Below are positions 46,185-55,348 of a stretch of 64,000 bases of DNA, piece by piece (positions within the stretch are counted from its first letter, which is position 1; the number at the start of each line of letters is the position of its first letter). The position numbers and the translations under genes were made by a program. This DNA is from Escherichia phage AV101: sequence record OQ973471.1, one strand, 5' to 3'. The notes beneath the pieces are model-generated. The model saw only the letters and a list, made by a program, of their open reading frames with translations, was not told the origin of the DNA and did not search any database.

Positions 46185-46556
46185 ATGAAACAGTTCGTAG
46201 GATTATACGCAGTCGGGTGTAGTAAGCCAGACGCCAACCTCACCACAGATCAATTTACCACAGGCACCCCAGTTTATCTGACACAACTGGCGTCAGACAA
46301 GAACTTACCATCGGAGCCGCGATTTGTCCCTATGGGGTTGATGACAGGTCTGAAAGTTGGTCTGTATGTCGGTGTGGTGACGTTTGAAAATGGCGTCGAA
46401 GCGAAAGTTCTGCCATTCAAATTGGGCAGCGAAGAAATGCTGAAGGATACGATCAGTGAACACCTGAACGCACAATGTCTGGCTTCCCTGGACAAATTGT
46501 TCGGTGTAGTAACTGATGAAGGCGAGGCCACCCCCGCCTATGTGAATCAAGATTAA
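46185..46556 (+). CDS. Hypothetical protein (123 aa) on plus strand
   Basis: ORF downstream of AT-rich divergent intergenic region. Confidence 0.45.
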   Translation: MKQFVGLYAVGCSKPDANLTTDQFTTGTPVYLTQLASDKNLPSEPRFVPMGLMTGLKVGLYVGVVTFENGVEAKVLPFKLGSEEMLKDTISEHLNAQCLASLDKLFGVVTDEGEATPAYVNQD

Positions 46557-48061
46557 TCGTGATTACCCAGCGCCACCTTCATGAATTCCACAGGGTGGCG
46601 CTCTGCCAGGTAAAACTTGTAACGCTCGTGAGAGTGCCTAAGAGCGTGGTTCGTGCTGGCGTTGTACGATGCATCATCCACTAAGTCCCATATCCACGCG
46701 ACGTCCTTAGAGGAGTGCTGACGCATCAGACGACCCAATGTCTGTATGACGCGGATATATGACTTGCTCGGGTGTGCCAGTACAAGGTGGTGTAGCTTCT
46801 TGATCGACACTCCCTGCTGCATTGTCCCGTATGATGCCAACAGGGTGATGTCCTCTCCATCCTCCATCGCTTTCTGTATGCGGCGGCGGTCTTCGATCTT
46901 CACTTCCCCGTTGATGACAAACACGTTGGGCTTGACTGCGCTCAGCATATCATACACGACCATCATGTGACCATCAATACGTTCGAACATGATGGCCACG
47001 TTTCCTTTCAGATTCAGTGCCATCTTGGCGATCAGTTCGTTGCGGGACTGGTGTGTGATAAGGTATTCTATTTCCTTGGAATAATCCCCGTCCAGACCAA
47101 CAGCATCCGCCGGAGTGTGCTTCAGCTGAATCATCTTCACTTTGATGTCAGTGGCGTACCCGAGATTGATAAGATCGCGAGCCGTGATGATCTTATGGTA
47201 CGCCCCGAAGTGAGCCACCACCTGAAGCCCGGCAACTTTGGTATTCGCCAGCGTACCTGTAACCCCCAGGCGCTGGTCGGCATAGATGCAGTTGTTTAGG
47301 ATGTAAGACAGTTTATCAGACTTGGAGGTGTGCACTTCGTCCACCACGACATCACCGAACTGGTGGAACCATTCCTTCGGCTGGTCTTGAATGCCTTGCC
47401 ATGTGCTGATGACGATTGGTTTGCTGATCTCCTTTGTCGCGCCCTCAAAAATCAGTTGGGTGTTAACAACGGGCTTCCAATCACTGCCATGCGCATACTC
47501 TTCGAAGTTGTCGTACAGCTGAGTGACTAGGTGGATTGACGGCACCACGATAAGCGTCTTCAGAGGACTTTCGAGAGCTTCTCTGCGCCGCCTGTAGTAC
47601 CGCGCCATGACATACAGAATAAAGGACTTACCGGCACTCGTAGCCAGTTCACAGACGCATCTGGTTTGACGCATAGCCTTGGCAATGGTGTCGTACTGGT
47701 AGTCACGAGTCTCGGCATCGATATATTCGTGATTTTCGGTGCGGATCTTTGGATGCAGACTGTCGATGAAGTCACGGATTTCTTCATCTGGGATGTCCTG
47801 AATGTACTTCAGTGCCGGATCCAGTTCAATGGTGTATCCGTTGTTCTTACAGAACTTAAATACCTCAAACAGCAGACCGATATCGATTAGACCAGATGAC
47901 TTGGTAAATAGGCGGACAACCCCGTCCCATTTAGAGAAGGGGTTGGGAACGAAGTTCGGGTCTTCGAATTTGAAGTAGTCATTAAGTTCTTCCCTGATAG
48001 AAAGATCTGCGATACAACGCATGCGGACTTCGTTAACCTTAACAATCTGAATGTCTGCCAT
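46553..48061 (-). CDS. uvsW: UvsW-like SF2 DNA helicase
   Basis: Walker A TSAGKS, DEVH box, QTLGRLMR motif; GGGAG RBS before ATG at 48061. Confidence 0.85.
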   Translation of the reverse strand: MADIQIVKVNEVRMRCIADLSIREELNDYFKFEDPNFVPNPFSKWDGVVRLFTKSSGLIDIGLLFEVFKFCKNNGYTIELDPALKYIQDIPDEEIRDFIDSLHPKIRTENHEYIDAETRDYQYDTIAKAMRQTRCVCELATSAGKSFILYVMARYYRRRREALESPLKTLIVVPSIHLVTQLYDNFEEYAHGSDWKPVVNTQLIFEGATKEISKPIVISTWQGIQDQPKEWFHQFGDVVVDEVHTSKSDKLSYILNNCIYADQRLGVTGTLANTKVAGLQVVAHFGAYHKIITARDLINLGYATDIKVKMIQLKHTPADAVGLDGDYSKEIEYLITHQSRNELIAKMALNLKGNVAIMFERIDGHMMVVYDMLSAVKPNVFVINGEVKIEDRRRIQKAMEDGEDITLLASYGTMQQGVSIKKLHHLVLAHPSKSYIRVIQTLGRLMRQHSSKDVAWIWDLVDDASYNASTNHALRHSHERYKFYLAERHPVEFMKVALGNHD

Positions 48062-48089
48062 ACAAAATCTCCCAAGGATTATGGGGTAT

Positions 48090-48836
48090 TTAGTGATCCG
48101 GCCAGACTCCATTTTGTTCTTTGTCCATGCGATGATACAGACGAACACGCTCAAACATCTTAGTCAGAATGTCATCACGGTTGAACTCAATGACGGTTGG
48201 TAGAGGGGAAGACTCGTTGGCGATCACGTTGATGAGGCGGGTGATCTTGACGCCGAACATCTGCTGGAACATGACCGAATATAAACACAGCTGGATACTG
48301 TAATCCTCGATCATGCCCCGCGTCTTCATGGTGTTTGATGTCTTGAAGTCGATGACAGCAGGTTTACCCTCATAAACCCCGATAAGGTCTACACGACCTG
48401 CAAGACCAAGCACCTCGCTATATAATGGGATCTCCTGAGCATAGATCTTTGTCATCTTGTTCAGGTAAGGGAACAGCTGCTTGAACATGAACATGTATTC
48501 GCCAGCCGCTTCCAACACTTCTTTCATTGGGCGGTTCTTTAGATACAGTTCACACGCAAGGTGCAGCTTCTCCCCTCGGTCAGCACAGCGCATGGTCTCA
48601 AGATCAGCGGCCTCTGCGCCCAGCTTCTTCCTCCAAGACTCAAGCCATTCATGATCTCCAGTGCGTCCCAGCATAGTCGTGACGGATGTCAGTTTAACAC
48701 CAGACGGTGAAACGTAATGACGACCATTCTCCGTCGTAACACACTCCAGTTCCTTATGAGGAAGTTCGTATTGCTGGAATGTGTAATGACGGTTTTCGAA
48801 GTCATTCAGCTTGCGTAGATCCTGGAGAGATGCCAT
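48090..48836 (-). CDS. Putative PD-(D/E)xK (RecB/Cas4-like) nuclease
   Basis: GRVDLIGVYEGKPAVIDFKTS and QLCLY motifs. Confidence 0.45.
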   Translation of the reverse strand: MASLQDLRKLNDFENRHYTFQQYELPHKELECVTTENGRHYVSPSGVKLTSVTTMLGRTGDHEWLESWRKKLGAEAADLETMRCADRGEKLHLACELYLKNRPMKEVLEAAGEYMFMFKQLFPYLNKMTKIYAQEIPLYSEVLGLAGRVDLIGVYEGKPAVIDFKTSNTMKTRGMIEDYSIQLCLYSVMFQQMFGVKITRLINVIANESSPLPTVIEFNRDDILTKMFERVRLYHRMDKEQNGVWPDH

Positions 48837-48851
48837 TATGTGCGATCCTCG

Positions 48852-49304
48852 TTATACACCATCAATATATTTTCTCCACTCAATAGCATTTTTCACTTCG
48901 TATCCCAGTTTGTTCAGGCGATCCAAACAAGTCTCTATGAACTTGACTTTTGCTTTTTGTTCTTGTAACAGAACAGACAACTCCACATAGTCATCGTCTG
49001 CTTTGACCCATGTATCTAGGTCAGACTTCAGGGGGCGAACCTTCAGGGGGCGATCTGCGTAGATGTTAGGGGGTAACTCCCCTGCATAGTAGCGGCGCAG
49101 ATAGAGATCGATTTGGCGGAAGCGCCCGTTGAGAAATTCAAGATAACGTCCCTCGCGCAGATAATGCCGCTGTACAGCCATCCAAGAGCGCCCGATTTTC
49201 AGTGAGATCTGGTCAAGGTTCATGTCTTCTGGGTCCACTGTGATCAGCGGCTCCAGTTCGTTCATGATGTCCTCGGTAGCCATTGTCTGTAGTTGTTCTT
49301 TCAT
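48852..49304 (-). CDS. uvsY: UvsY-like recombination mediator
   Basis: 150 aa; RRYYAGE...KVRPLKSDLD...DYVELSVLL pattern resembles T4 UvsY; next to uvsW as in T4. Confidence 0.55.
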   Translation of the reverse strand: MKEQLQTMATEDIMNELEPLITVDPEDMNLDQISLKIGRSWMAVQRHYLREGRYLEFLNGRFRQIDLYLRRYYAGELPPNIYADRPLKVRPLKSDLDTWVKADDDYVELSVLLQEQKAKVKFIETCLDRLNKLGYEVKNAIEWRKYIDGV

Positions 49305-49334
49305 AAAATATCCCAGCTTGTCAATGTCATAGAA

Positions 49335-50120
49335 TTATACCGCATTTCGTGGATTAGAATCAATCGCCTTCCCACCAGATAGTGGAACCAGCTGTTGGAA
49401 CTTGAAGGTCACTGTCGTCACCAGCTGAGGTACAGCCGCGTCTACGTCCACCAGTACGTTGTCCAAAGCAGTCGGGCGGGCTTCCTCCAGCACGAGAGTG
49501 AGGCCAATCGGTCGGTTGAGGTTATCCAGCAATTCAATGGTAATGTCCTTGCTGACAGGCAAATCCTTGCCGACGTTGCTGGTAATCCATTGGTGGATCT
49601 GTAACCATGATTTCCAGTCCTCGTCTATAACGAAAGTAAATACGACGGGATCATAGGTTAAACGCTCTGAAGGTATAGAAACCAACACGTCACCAGGAGA
49701 CGGACCATCGATGCCTTCGGAGTACACCCCTGGTATACTGAAGTCGTGGATGTTACGGGTTAGGAGTACAAGGTCTCCGATAGTCAGACGCCACTTATCG
49801 GACGCCGCGAAATTAGGGTTTTCGTTCTTGAATTGTACGTTGGACATAATAGCACCTTTGCTGTGGAGATATTTTGTGACCCTGATGCGCGGGATCAGTA
49901 GATTGTTGTTGGCATGCTCGATGCTCTTGTTTACGAGCTGTCGCATCTTTGTCACGCCAATAATTTCTGTTTCCGAACTCTGGAACCCAGAAGTGCGCAC
50001 TGTACCTGTGACGTTGTCGGCCAGCGTTCCCACTTGTAACAAGGGTATGCTGGACATCATCGTGCAAGAGTTCCAGCCCTTCCAGAAGCTCGTACCTTTA
50101 GGTTGCTTTGATGAGAACAT
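49335..50120 (-). CDS. Hypothetical protein, possibly structural; start uncertain (ATG 50120, 50060 or 49847)
   Basis: ORF open to 50150; good RBS before ATG 50120 and before ATG 49847. Confidence 0.4.
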   Translation of the reverse strand: MFSSKQPKGTSFWKGWNSCTMMSSIPLLQVGTLADNVTGTVRTSGFQSSETEIIGVTKMRQLVNKSIEHANNNLLIPRIRVTKYLHSKGAIMSNVQFKNENPNFAASDKWRLTIGDLVLLTRNIHDFSIPGVYSEGIDGPSPGDVLVSIPSERLTYDPVVFTFVIDEDWKSWLQIHQWITSNVGKDLPVSKDITIELLDNLNRPIGLTLVLEEARPTALDNVLVDVDAAVPQLVTTVTFKFQQLVPLSGGKAIDSNPRNAV

Positions 50121-50526
50121 GAGCACCCTCAAGCCATACTGGAAGACCACAATTCCTCTCCTGCGGCATGGCGATGAAGGGAAGATTCCATACCTATCAG
50201 CAAGTATTTATTACTCTCAGAATAACAGCATCATTATCACTTTTAATCCATCATTCCATGCCAAGCTGAAGCAACACATGGTTGGGCGACTGGATACAAC
50301 ATCAGATATAATCGTGACGTTCAAGATCATGAATGACTCAGATAAACCAGTACGAATCGCAACTCAGGGTGTGTTCGTTAACAACGACGCGGTTGGAAAT
50401 GGGATGAGTATCTTTGAAGTTAACCCAGGGGGAACGATCTTGATCAGACTGAGTAATGTGGGTGTGAACTCCCTGCTGTTGGATGGCATCGAACCAGTGG
50501 GAGTTCTTCCGGCGCGGGAGCACTGA

Positions 50527-51297
50527 TTACTTCAGCGCGTTCTTCAGATTATCGGAACCAATGCTGTTGATGACACCTCCGGCGCAGATATCTTTCGCCC
50601 ACTCTGATATCACGTTGGCAAAAGAGAAGTTAAGACACTTACCAACCATGTCTTGGATATGGGCTAACTCTGCTGCAATACCGTTCGTGATGTCCTGAGC
50701 AATAGAGGCTACTGATGCGACAGCAGTGTCGATGGCCTGAGTAACTTCAGCAGCCAGTGCCCGAATAGCATCAAGACCAGCACTGACACCCTGAGCTACC
50801 AACTCAGCCAGCTCATTCATCTTGTTTGTGATAGTTGTGAGAACACTTTGCATGGTGTTGATCCACTGTTTGCCGAGGTTCTGAATAACCCCAAATGCAT
50901 TATTGATCAGATCACAGTTGTTCGGTTCTCGACCTATAGACTTCAGGGCGGACTTATATGACACAGATGTACCGATGCGGGAATATGCCTCGTTCACTGA
51001 CTGGTAGCCATAGTTGTTCAAAGTAGTGATGCTGTCGTTGGCTGAGTTAAACATTGCTGTAGATTCGTTGAGTTTGGCTGTAGTCAACCCACCTGCCGTC
51101 AGCGCTTCCTGAATCTGCGTATTTCCGGTGTTAGCCAGTGACGCTGTAGTCGCCTTACCACTGGTGATTAACCCCTGCGAGGCGCTGCTGAGGGACGGGA
51201 GAGGATTGGTAAAGGCGTTGCCCTGCGATAGGGCGTCATAGATCTGTGCGTTCATAAGAAAATACCCCCATGGATGATGGGGGTATTTAGGGATCAT
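50527..51297 (-). CDS. Hypothetical Ser/Thr/Ala-rich protein (256 aa), possible late/structural protein
   Basis: ATGA overlap with a small upstream membrane ORF suggests coupled start at 51297. Confidence 0.4.
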   Translation of the reverse strand: MIPKYPHHPWGYFLMNAQIYDALSQGNAFTNPLPSLSSASQGLITSGKATTASLANTGNTQIQEALTAGGLTTAKLNESTAMFNSANDSITTLNNYGYQSVNEAYSRIGTSVSYKSALKSIGREPNNCDLINNAFGVIQNLGKQWINTMQSVLTTITNKMNELAELVAQGVSAGLDAIRALAAEVTQAIDTAVASVASIAQDITNGIAAELAHIQDMVGKCLNFSFANVISEWAKDICAGGVINSIGSDNLKNALK

Positions 51298-51464
51298 GGT
51301 AGTTTGTAAACGAAGTTGGACCAGAACTTACGAACAAACTTCTTGACATAAACCATTCGGTTGGCGTATTCCCCATCCTTCAGGTCATTGTAGGTCTCGA
51401 TCCCTACCGCGCCCAAGAAGTACGCCGTGAAGATATAGCAGAACAGATTGATGACGACAAACAT
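51294..51464 (-). CDS. Small membrane protein (56 aa), below ORF-track cutoff
   Basis: Hand translation MFVVINLFCYIFTAYFLGAVGI...; GGAG RBS; stop overlaps downstream start. Confidence 0.3.
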   Translation of the reverse strand: MFVVINLFCYIFTAYFLGAVGIETYNDLKDGEYANRMVYVKKFVRKFWSNFVYKLP

Positions 51465-51505
51465 GATGTATCTCCGCTGTGTGTACTCAAATTATTTATG
51501 ATATG

Positions 51506-51928
51506 TTACAAAAGGCGCTTGGTCTTCGGCTTACCCATTAGAGTGATATCCACAGGGAGGCCAGCTTTCTTGCAACGGTTGATCATGTCCAGGGTGCCAG
51601 TGGACGAACCATCCCACATCGCAATCGGATACACTTCCAGCTTGGTCTGCCTGACGAGATCCAATGCCTTGTCTAACATGTCCTGATTGCGTTTGTTGCC
51701 CATCCCTTTCCCATACTTTTCATAATAGCTCGGAGGTATTGGCATAGGAGTGATATGAACATAATTGATTTCAGCCCAATCACGGCAAATCGTGTCGACA
51801 CCCGTGGCCTCACCCTCAATCAGTGTATAGACCTCACGAGGATCCAAGAGTTCGTCCAGCTTGGCGAATACCTTATCCCGCTCGGTGATTGAGCGGGAAC
51901 CCGTAATGAGAACGATATACTTCTTCAT
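51506..51928 (-). CDS. Rossmann-fold SLOG/DprA-like protein (DUF2493-like)
   Basis: IVLITGSRS...IEGEATGVD...MWDGSSTGT pattern. Confidence 0.4.
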   Translation of the reverse strand: MKKYIVLITGSRSITERDKVFAKLDELLDPREVYTLIEGEATGVDTICRDWAEINYVHITPMPIPPSYYEKYGKGMGNKRNQDMLDKALDLVRQTKLEVYPIAMWDGSSTGTLDMINRCKKAGLPVDITLMGKPKTKRLL

Positions 51929-51933
51929 AGAAC

Positions 51934-52278
51934 TCACAGCGCCCCAAGATTGCCGATTACGTACAGGGAGCACAGAGGAGTGCCTGACGAACGCGGTTCG
52001 ATCGTCATCCCGCTCAGGCGGATCAGTTCCAGTAAGCCGTCAGTGGTCCGATACGCGCGTGTCGAACCGTTCGGTCGATATAGCTCCAGCTCAGTTCGCC
52101 CTTCCTTTATTGCATTGCGAATGCGAGTGAACACGCTGTGGTCGCCGAACTTCTGTTTCAGAATATCCAGTTTGGTGGTCAGGCGGCGCGTTTTGCGTGG
52201 CTTGCGCTCACTCGGCTTTTCGAATTTGACGATGTGGGGGATCTCCACGGATTTGTTCAGTTTGGTGTCTGCTGCCAT
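51934..52278 (-). CDS. Hypothetical basic protein
   Basis: 114 aa ORF. Confidence 0.35.
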   Translation of the reverse strand: MAADTKLNKSVEIPHIVKFEKPSERKPRKTRRLTTKLDILKQKFGDHSVFTRIRNAIKEGRTELELYRPNGSTRAYRTTDGLLELIRLSGMTIEPRSSGTPLCSLYVIGNLGAL

Positions 52279-52347
52279 GGTAAAGTCCTCTATTTGTAGG
52301 GGATAGGGTATGCGGTTAACATACCCTGTTCAAAGGTTTAGAACAAA

Positions 52348-52677
52348 TCACAGATCCTGACACTGATCGCAGTATTCATCGTATGTGAAGGACTCATCAC
52401 ACAGGCCGTCCACGATCATAGCCGCTTTTGCTTCAGAGAAGATCGCGAGAGTGATATCATTGTCATCCAAGTCTTGACGGATGAACGGTTCATCTTCAGG
52501 GCGATTGAAGAAGACTTCAGCAGGTTCGATATAGAACTCCGCTTCAAGATCTTTGCGGGTTTGATGGCCAGTGATTCCCATCACCCACTGGCGCATTTCA
52601 GAGATGGTTTCCAGCTGCGGGTTGCTCAGCACGTTGGTTTTGGTTGCGTCGAATGCTACAAAGCCTTTAAAAGTCAT
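52348..52677 (-). CDS. Hypothetical acidic protein (109 aa)
   Basis: Preceded by a promoter cassette nearly identical to the one at 15284-15378. Confidence 0.4.
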   Translation of the reverse strand: MTFKGFVAFDATKTNVLSNPQLETISEMRQWVMGITGHQTRKDLEAEFYIEPAEVFFNRPEDEPFIRQDLDDNDITLAIFSEAKAAMIVDGLCDESFTYDEYCDQCQDL

Positions 52678-52760
52678 GATATATTTCCTTCATTTCAGAG
52701 TCAGTGTTGTGCTGCTTATGGAATGAAGTATACGGGGTTTATTGAAGAAGTAAACCCCGT
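52678..52760 (-). promoter_or_regulatory. Early promoter - stem-loop - conserved leader cassette, near-identical copy of 15284-15378
   Basis: Shares TTTACTTCTTCAATA and TATACTTCATTCCATAAGCAG with the 15284-15378 cassette. Confidence 0.5.
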
Positions 52761-52778
52761 ATTCAACTTTTATTGAAT

Positions 52779-53015
52779 TTATTTAAAACGGTCAGGAAGG
52801 GTGTCGTGAACCTCGGCGCTCAGCACCAGAAACTTACCATCCGTCGTTGGGAAGCAATAGTCTTTCTTGATGTGACGCAAATGTTCAGCTACAGCTGCCA
52901 CGCAGTCATCTGTCACGTCAGTCTTCTCACCAACCCACATGCTGGTTTTGGTGTTCAACCTGCCCTGGAATATAGTACCAGTGAGAGGACTTGTGCCGAT
53001 CTTTTTGATAATCAT
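52779..53015 (-). CDS. Hypothetical protein
   Basis: 78 aa ORF followed by terminator hairpin. Confidence 0.35.
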   Translation of the reverse strand: MIIKKIGTSPLTGTIFQGRLNTKTSMWVGEKTDVTDDCVAAVAEHLRHIKKDYCFPTTDGKFLVLSAEVHDTLPDRFK

Positions 53016-53023
53016 GTTTGACC

Positions 53024-53467
53024 TCAGTTGTTAATGCGGAACAGTTGTGGATAACCACCTGGATGCCCTTCTCCGGTCACGAAGACCTCGTACCGGGCAC
53101 CTTTAACCAAACCGGGCAAATTGCCTGAGTCGAGTAGATATCGGATTTTATCCATAGTACCCATCCAGGACTTAGCAGGTTCAGCTTCAGCCTCTCCACG
53201 ATTGAGGACGAGTTCACCTTCAGAATAATACTTCCCGCTGTCCTTCATGTAGTACAGCTTGATATGGATATACTGAGGGGATGGGACCAAACGCCAGCCG
53301 TCATCAATCAGATCCTGGCGATCATTATCCAGGGACTGGTAATCGATCTCACCAGACGCCAGACCATAGCTGCGCATGTAGCGGAACTTCTCAACACGGT
53401 CTTTCACGTCAGAGATGAAGAACTCCTTCGTGGCTGGACTGATGAAAATGTATTTCTCTTTTGACAT
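53024..53467 (-). CDS. Hypothetical protein (147 aa)
   Basis: Start at conserved leader. Confidence 0.4.
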   Translation of the reverse strand: MSKEKYIFISPATKEFFISDVKDRVEKFRYMRSYGLASGEIDYQSLDNDRQDLIDDGWRLVPSPQYIHIKLYYMKDSGKYYSEGELVLNRGEAEAEPAKSWMGTMDKIRYLLDSGNLPGLVKGARYEVFVTGEGHPGGYPQLFRINN

Positions 53468-53484
53468 GATATAGTTCCTTCCTT

Positions 53485-53808
53485 TCAAAGAATGATGTGT
53501 TCGTCGATATCGGACTGCGTTGCAATCTCCCAGCGGACGATGTTCTCGGTTGTGATGAAATCACGGTTCAGGTGAGAGGCTGGTACATACACCATCGTAT
53601 TGACCATGAAGTAGCGCTGCTCATTGTTCCAGGAGTCAACATAAGCCTCAATAAGGCACACTTCGATCACTTCGCCTTTCGGATTCTTCACAGTCTTTTT
53701 CAGATACATGACACAGCCCTCGGTAGTAGACGGGGCAATAATACCTCTCACCCCGTTATTGAAATGTTCTTTTAGTTCAAGACATATTTGATCAGTCCAC
53801 AATTCCAA
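53485..53808 (-). CDS. Hypothetical protein
   Basis: 107 aa ORF. Confidence 0.4.
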   Translation of the reverse strand: MELWTDQICLELKEHFNNGVRGIIAPSTTEGCVMYLKKTVKNPKGEVIEVCLIEAYVDSWNNEQRYFMVNTMVYVPASHLNRDFITTENIVRWEIATQSDIDEHIIL

Positions 53809-55244
53809 ATCCTGACCAGCCCGGCTTCGGTTGCTAACTGGCTTTCTGTTTTGCCTTCTACGTCATACCCCATGCGAGCAAATGAACCTTTTCTGAAACC
53901 GAATTTGTGCTCACGCATAAATGTGCCAGGCTTGTGATATTTGTAGTCTGGCTTCTGTACTTCCTCTTCTACGAATCCGTGGGATAGGTAAATGTTGGAC
54001 AACCTGCTTGCAACACACCTATCCCCAAAGGAATAGATTTTGGTGTCGGCAAATTTTCTTCTGAAGTGTGAAAGAAGTTTACTGAATGCCCCGTGGCAAT
54101 CATTAGAGGCAAATCTGACTAATTCCAGGCCATCTTTCCTTTTAGTGAATAGCATCACGGCTTGTATGACCCCACTCTTGTCAATTAACGATAAATGGTG
54201 GGTAGAAGAAACGGAACCTTGTATGTGGTGGTTGTCTAAAAACTCCCTCAAGCCGCTTATATTCCCCCAAACGACTTTGTGTTGGCGAGCATATGACGCA
54301 GGCGTTTTAATGCCAAGTTTAGCTTTCAGAAGAGATTTGACCACTTCCTGTTTCTCAACCCATTCATCTTCCCAGATGTGAATCAACTGGATACCCTGAG
54401 ATTCACATATTTCAGTCTTTTCCAGGTGATAATGTTTCTCTTTAAAAACTTCTGAATGCCAGTACAGGCCATTAAATTCAATCGCCAATTTGTGTTCAGG
54501 GCAATAGATATCCAGTTGTTTACCGGATAATATACTGTAATCAGAAACAGTGTTTACAACTCCCATTGAGGTGAGAAACTCGGATATTTCCTTTTCATAA
54601 GAAGATTTCTTGTTCCTGATAGAACCATTGCTGAACAACGCACGTTTTAGTATGTTCGAGTTTTTCATAGGGTTGTCAACACCATAACGTTCTTGTAACG
54701 TTGCCAACGCCTTCTCCCTCACACCAGGTAATTGTAGTGTGGAGCAGCTTCCGTATTTGGATATATTCGAAGTCTCTATGACTTTCCGACCAATCCCACC
54801 TTTACACATAGAAACCTGATAACATTCTTCAGAACAATATGTTCTGTAATCTTTATTATTGATGTAAAAGTTGGTTTCCTTGGAACACACCGGGCATATT
54901 TTCACGGCTCTATTGTACAGCCAAGCTGTGACTTTACAAGCCAAATCTTGTAGGGTGTTGTGGGTATTGGCGAACACTAAAAGGTCTACATTGATGTGCT
55001 TCATAAGCAGTTCAGATTTGCATTTTTGGATATCCAATTTGTTGTTCTTGGTAAACATATATTTGTAGAAAAATTGGCGATATGATTCCTCGTCAGATAA
55101 TTCATTCACTGCTTCAAGGAAACCTTCCGGGAGGTTCTTTAGGGTGTTCGATGCGAAGGTCTTGCAAGCATCTGAACAAAATTTCTTATCTTTCCTGGAT
55201 GCTTTGAACTGTTCATGGCAGACACTACAGATTACCTGATACAT
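53772..55244 (-). CDS. Putative free-standing endonuclease: N-terminal zinc ribbons plus C-terminal Vsr/PD-(D/E)xK-like nuclease domain
   Basis: CSVC...CSDAC and CPVC...CSEEC ribbons; LAIEFNGLYWHSE ... IHIWEDEW nuclease-like motif; GGAGGAG RBS; own promoter after gp23 terminator. Confidence 0.5.
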   Translation of the reverse strand: MYQVICSVCHEQFKASRKDKKFCSDACKTFASNTLKNLPEGFLEAVNELSDEESYRQFFYKYMFTKNNKLDIQKCKSELLMKHINVDLLVFANTHNTLQDLACKVTAWLYNRAVKICPVCSKETNFYINNKDYRTYCSEECYQVSMCKGGIGRKVIETSNISKYGSCSTLQLPGVREKALATLQERYGVDNPMKNSNILKRALFSNGSIRNKKSSYEKEISEFLTSMGVVNTVSDYSILSGKQLDIYCPEHKLAIEFNGLYWHSEVFKEKHYHLEKTEICESQGIQLIHIWEDEWVEKQEVVKSLLKAKLGIKTPASYARQHKVVWGNISGLREFLDNHHIQGSVSSTHHLSLIDKSGVIQAVMLFTKRKDGLELVRFASNDCHGAFSKLLSHFRRKFADTKIYSFGDRCVASRLSNIYLSHGFVEEEVQKPDYKYHKPGTFMREHKFGFRKGSFARMGYDVEGKTESQLATEAGLVRIWNCGLIKYVLN

Positions 55245-55300
55245 AATTATTCTCCTCCATATGGTATCTAGTATAACCTGTTCGATAATATGAACAAATA

Positions 55301-55322
55301 AAAACCCCGCCGAAGCGGGGTT
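55301..55322 (-). terminator. Rho-independent terminator downstream of major capsid gene
   Basis: AAACCCCGC-TTCG-GCGGGGTTT followed by TTTTATTTGTT on minus strand. Confidence 0.7.
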
Positions 55323-55348
55323 TGTCAGGGTTAAGGACAACTGTTCTA

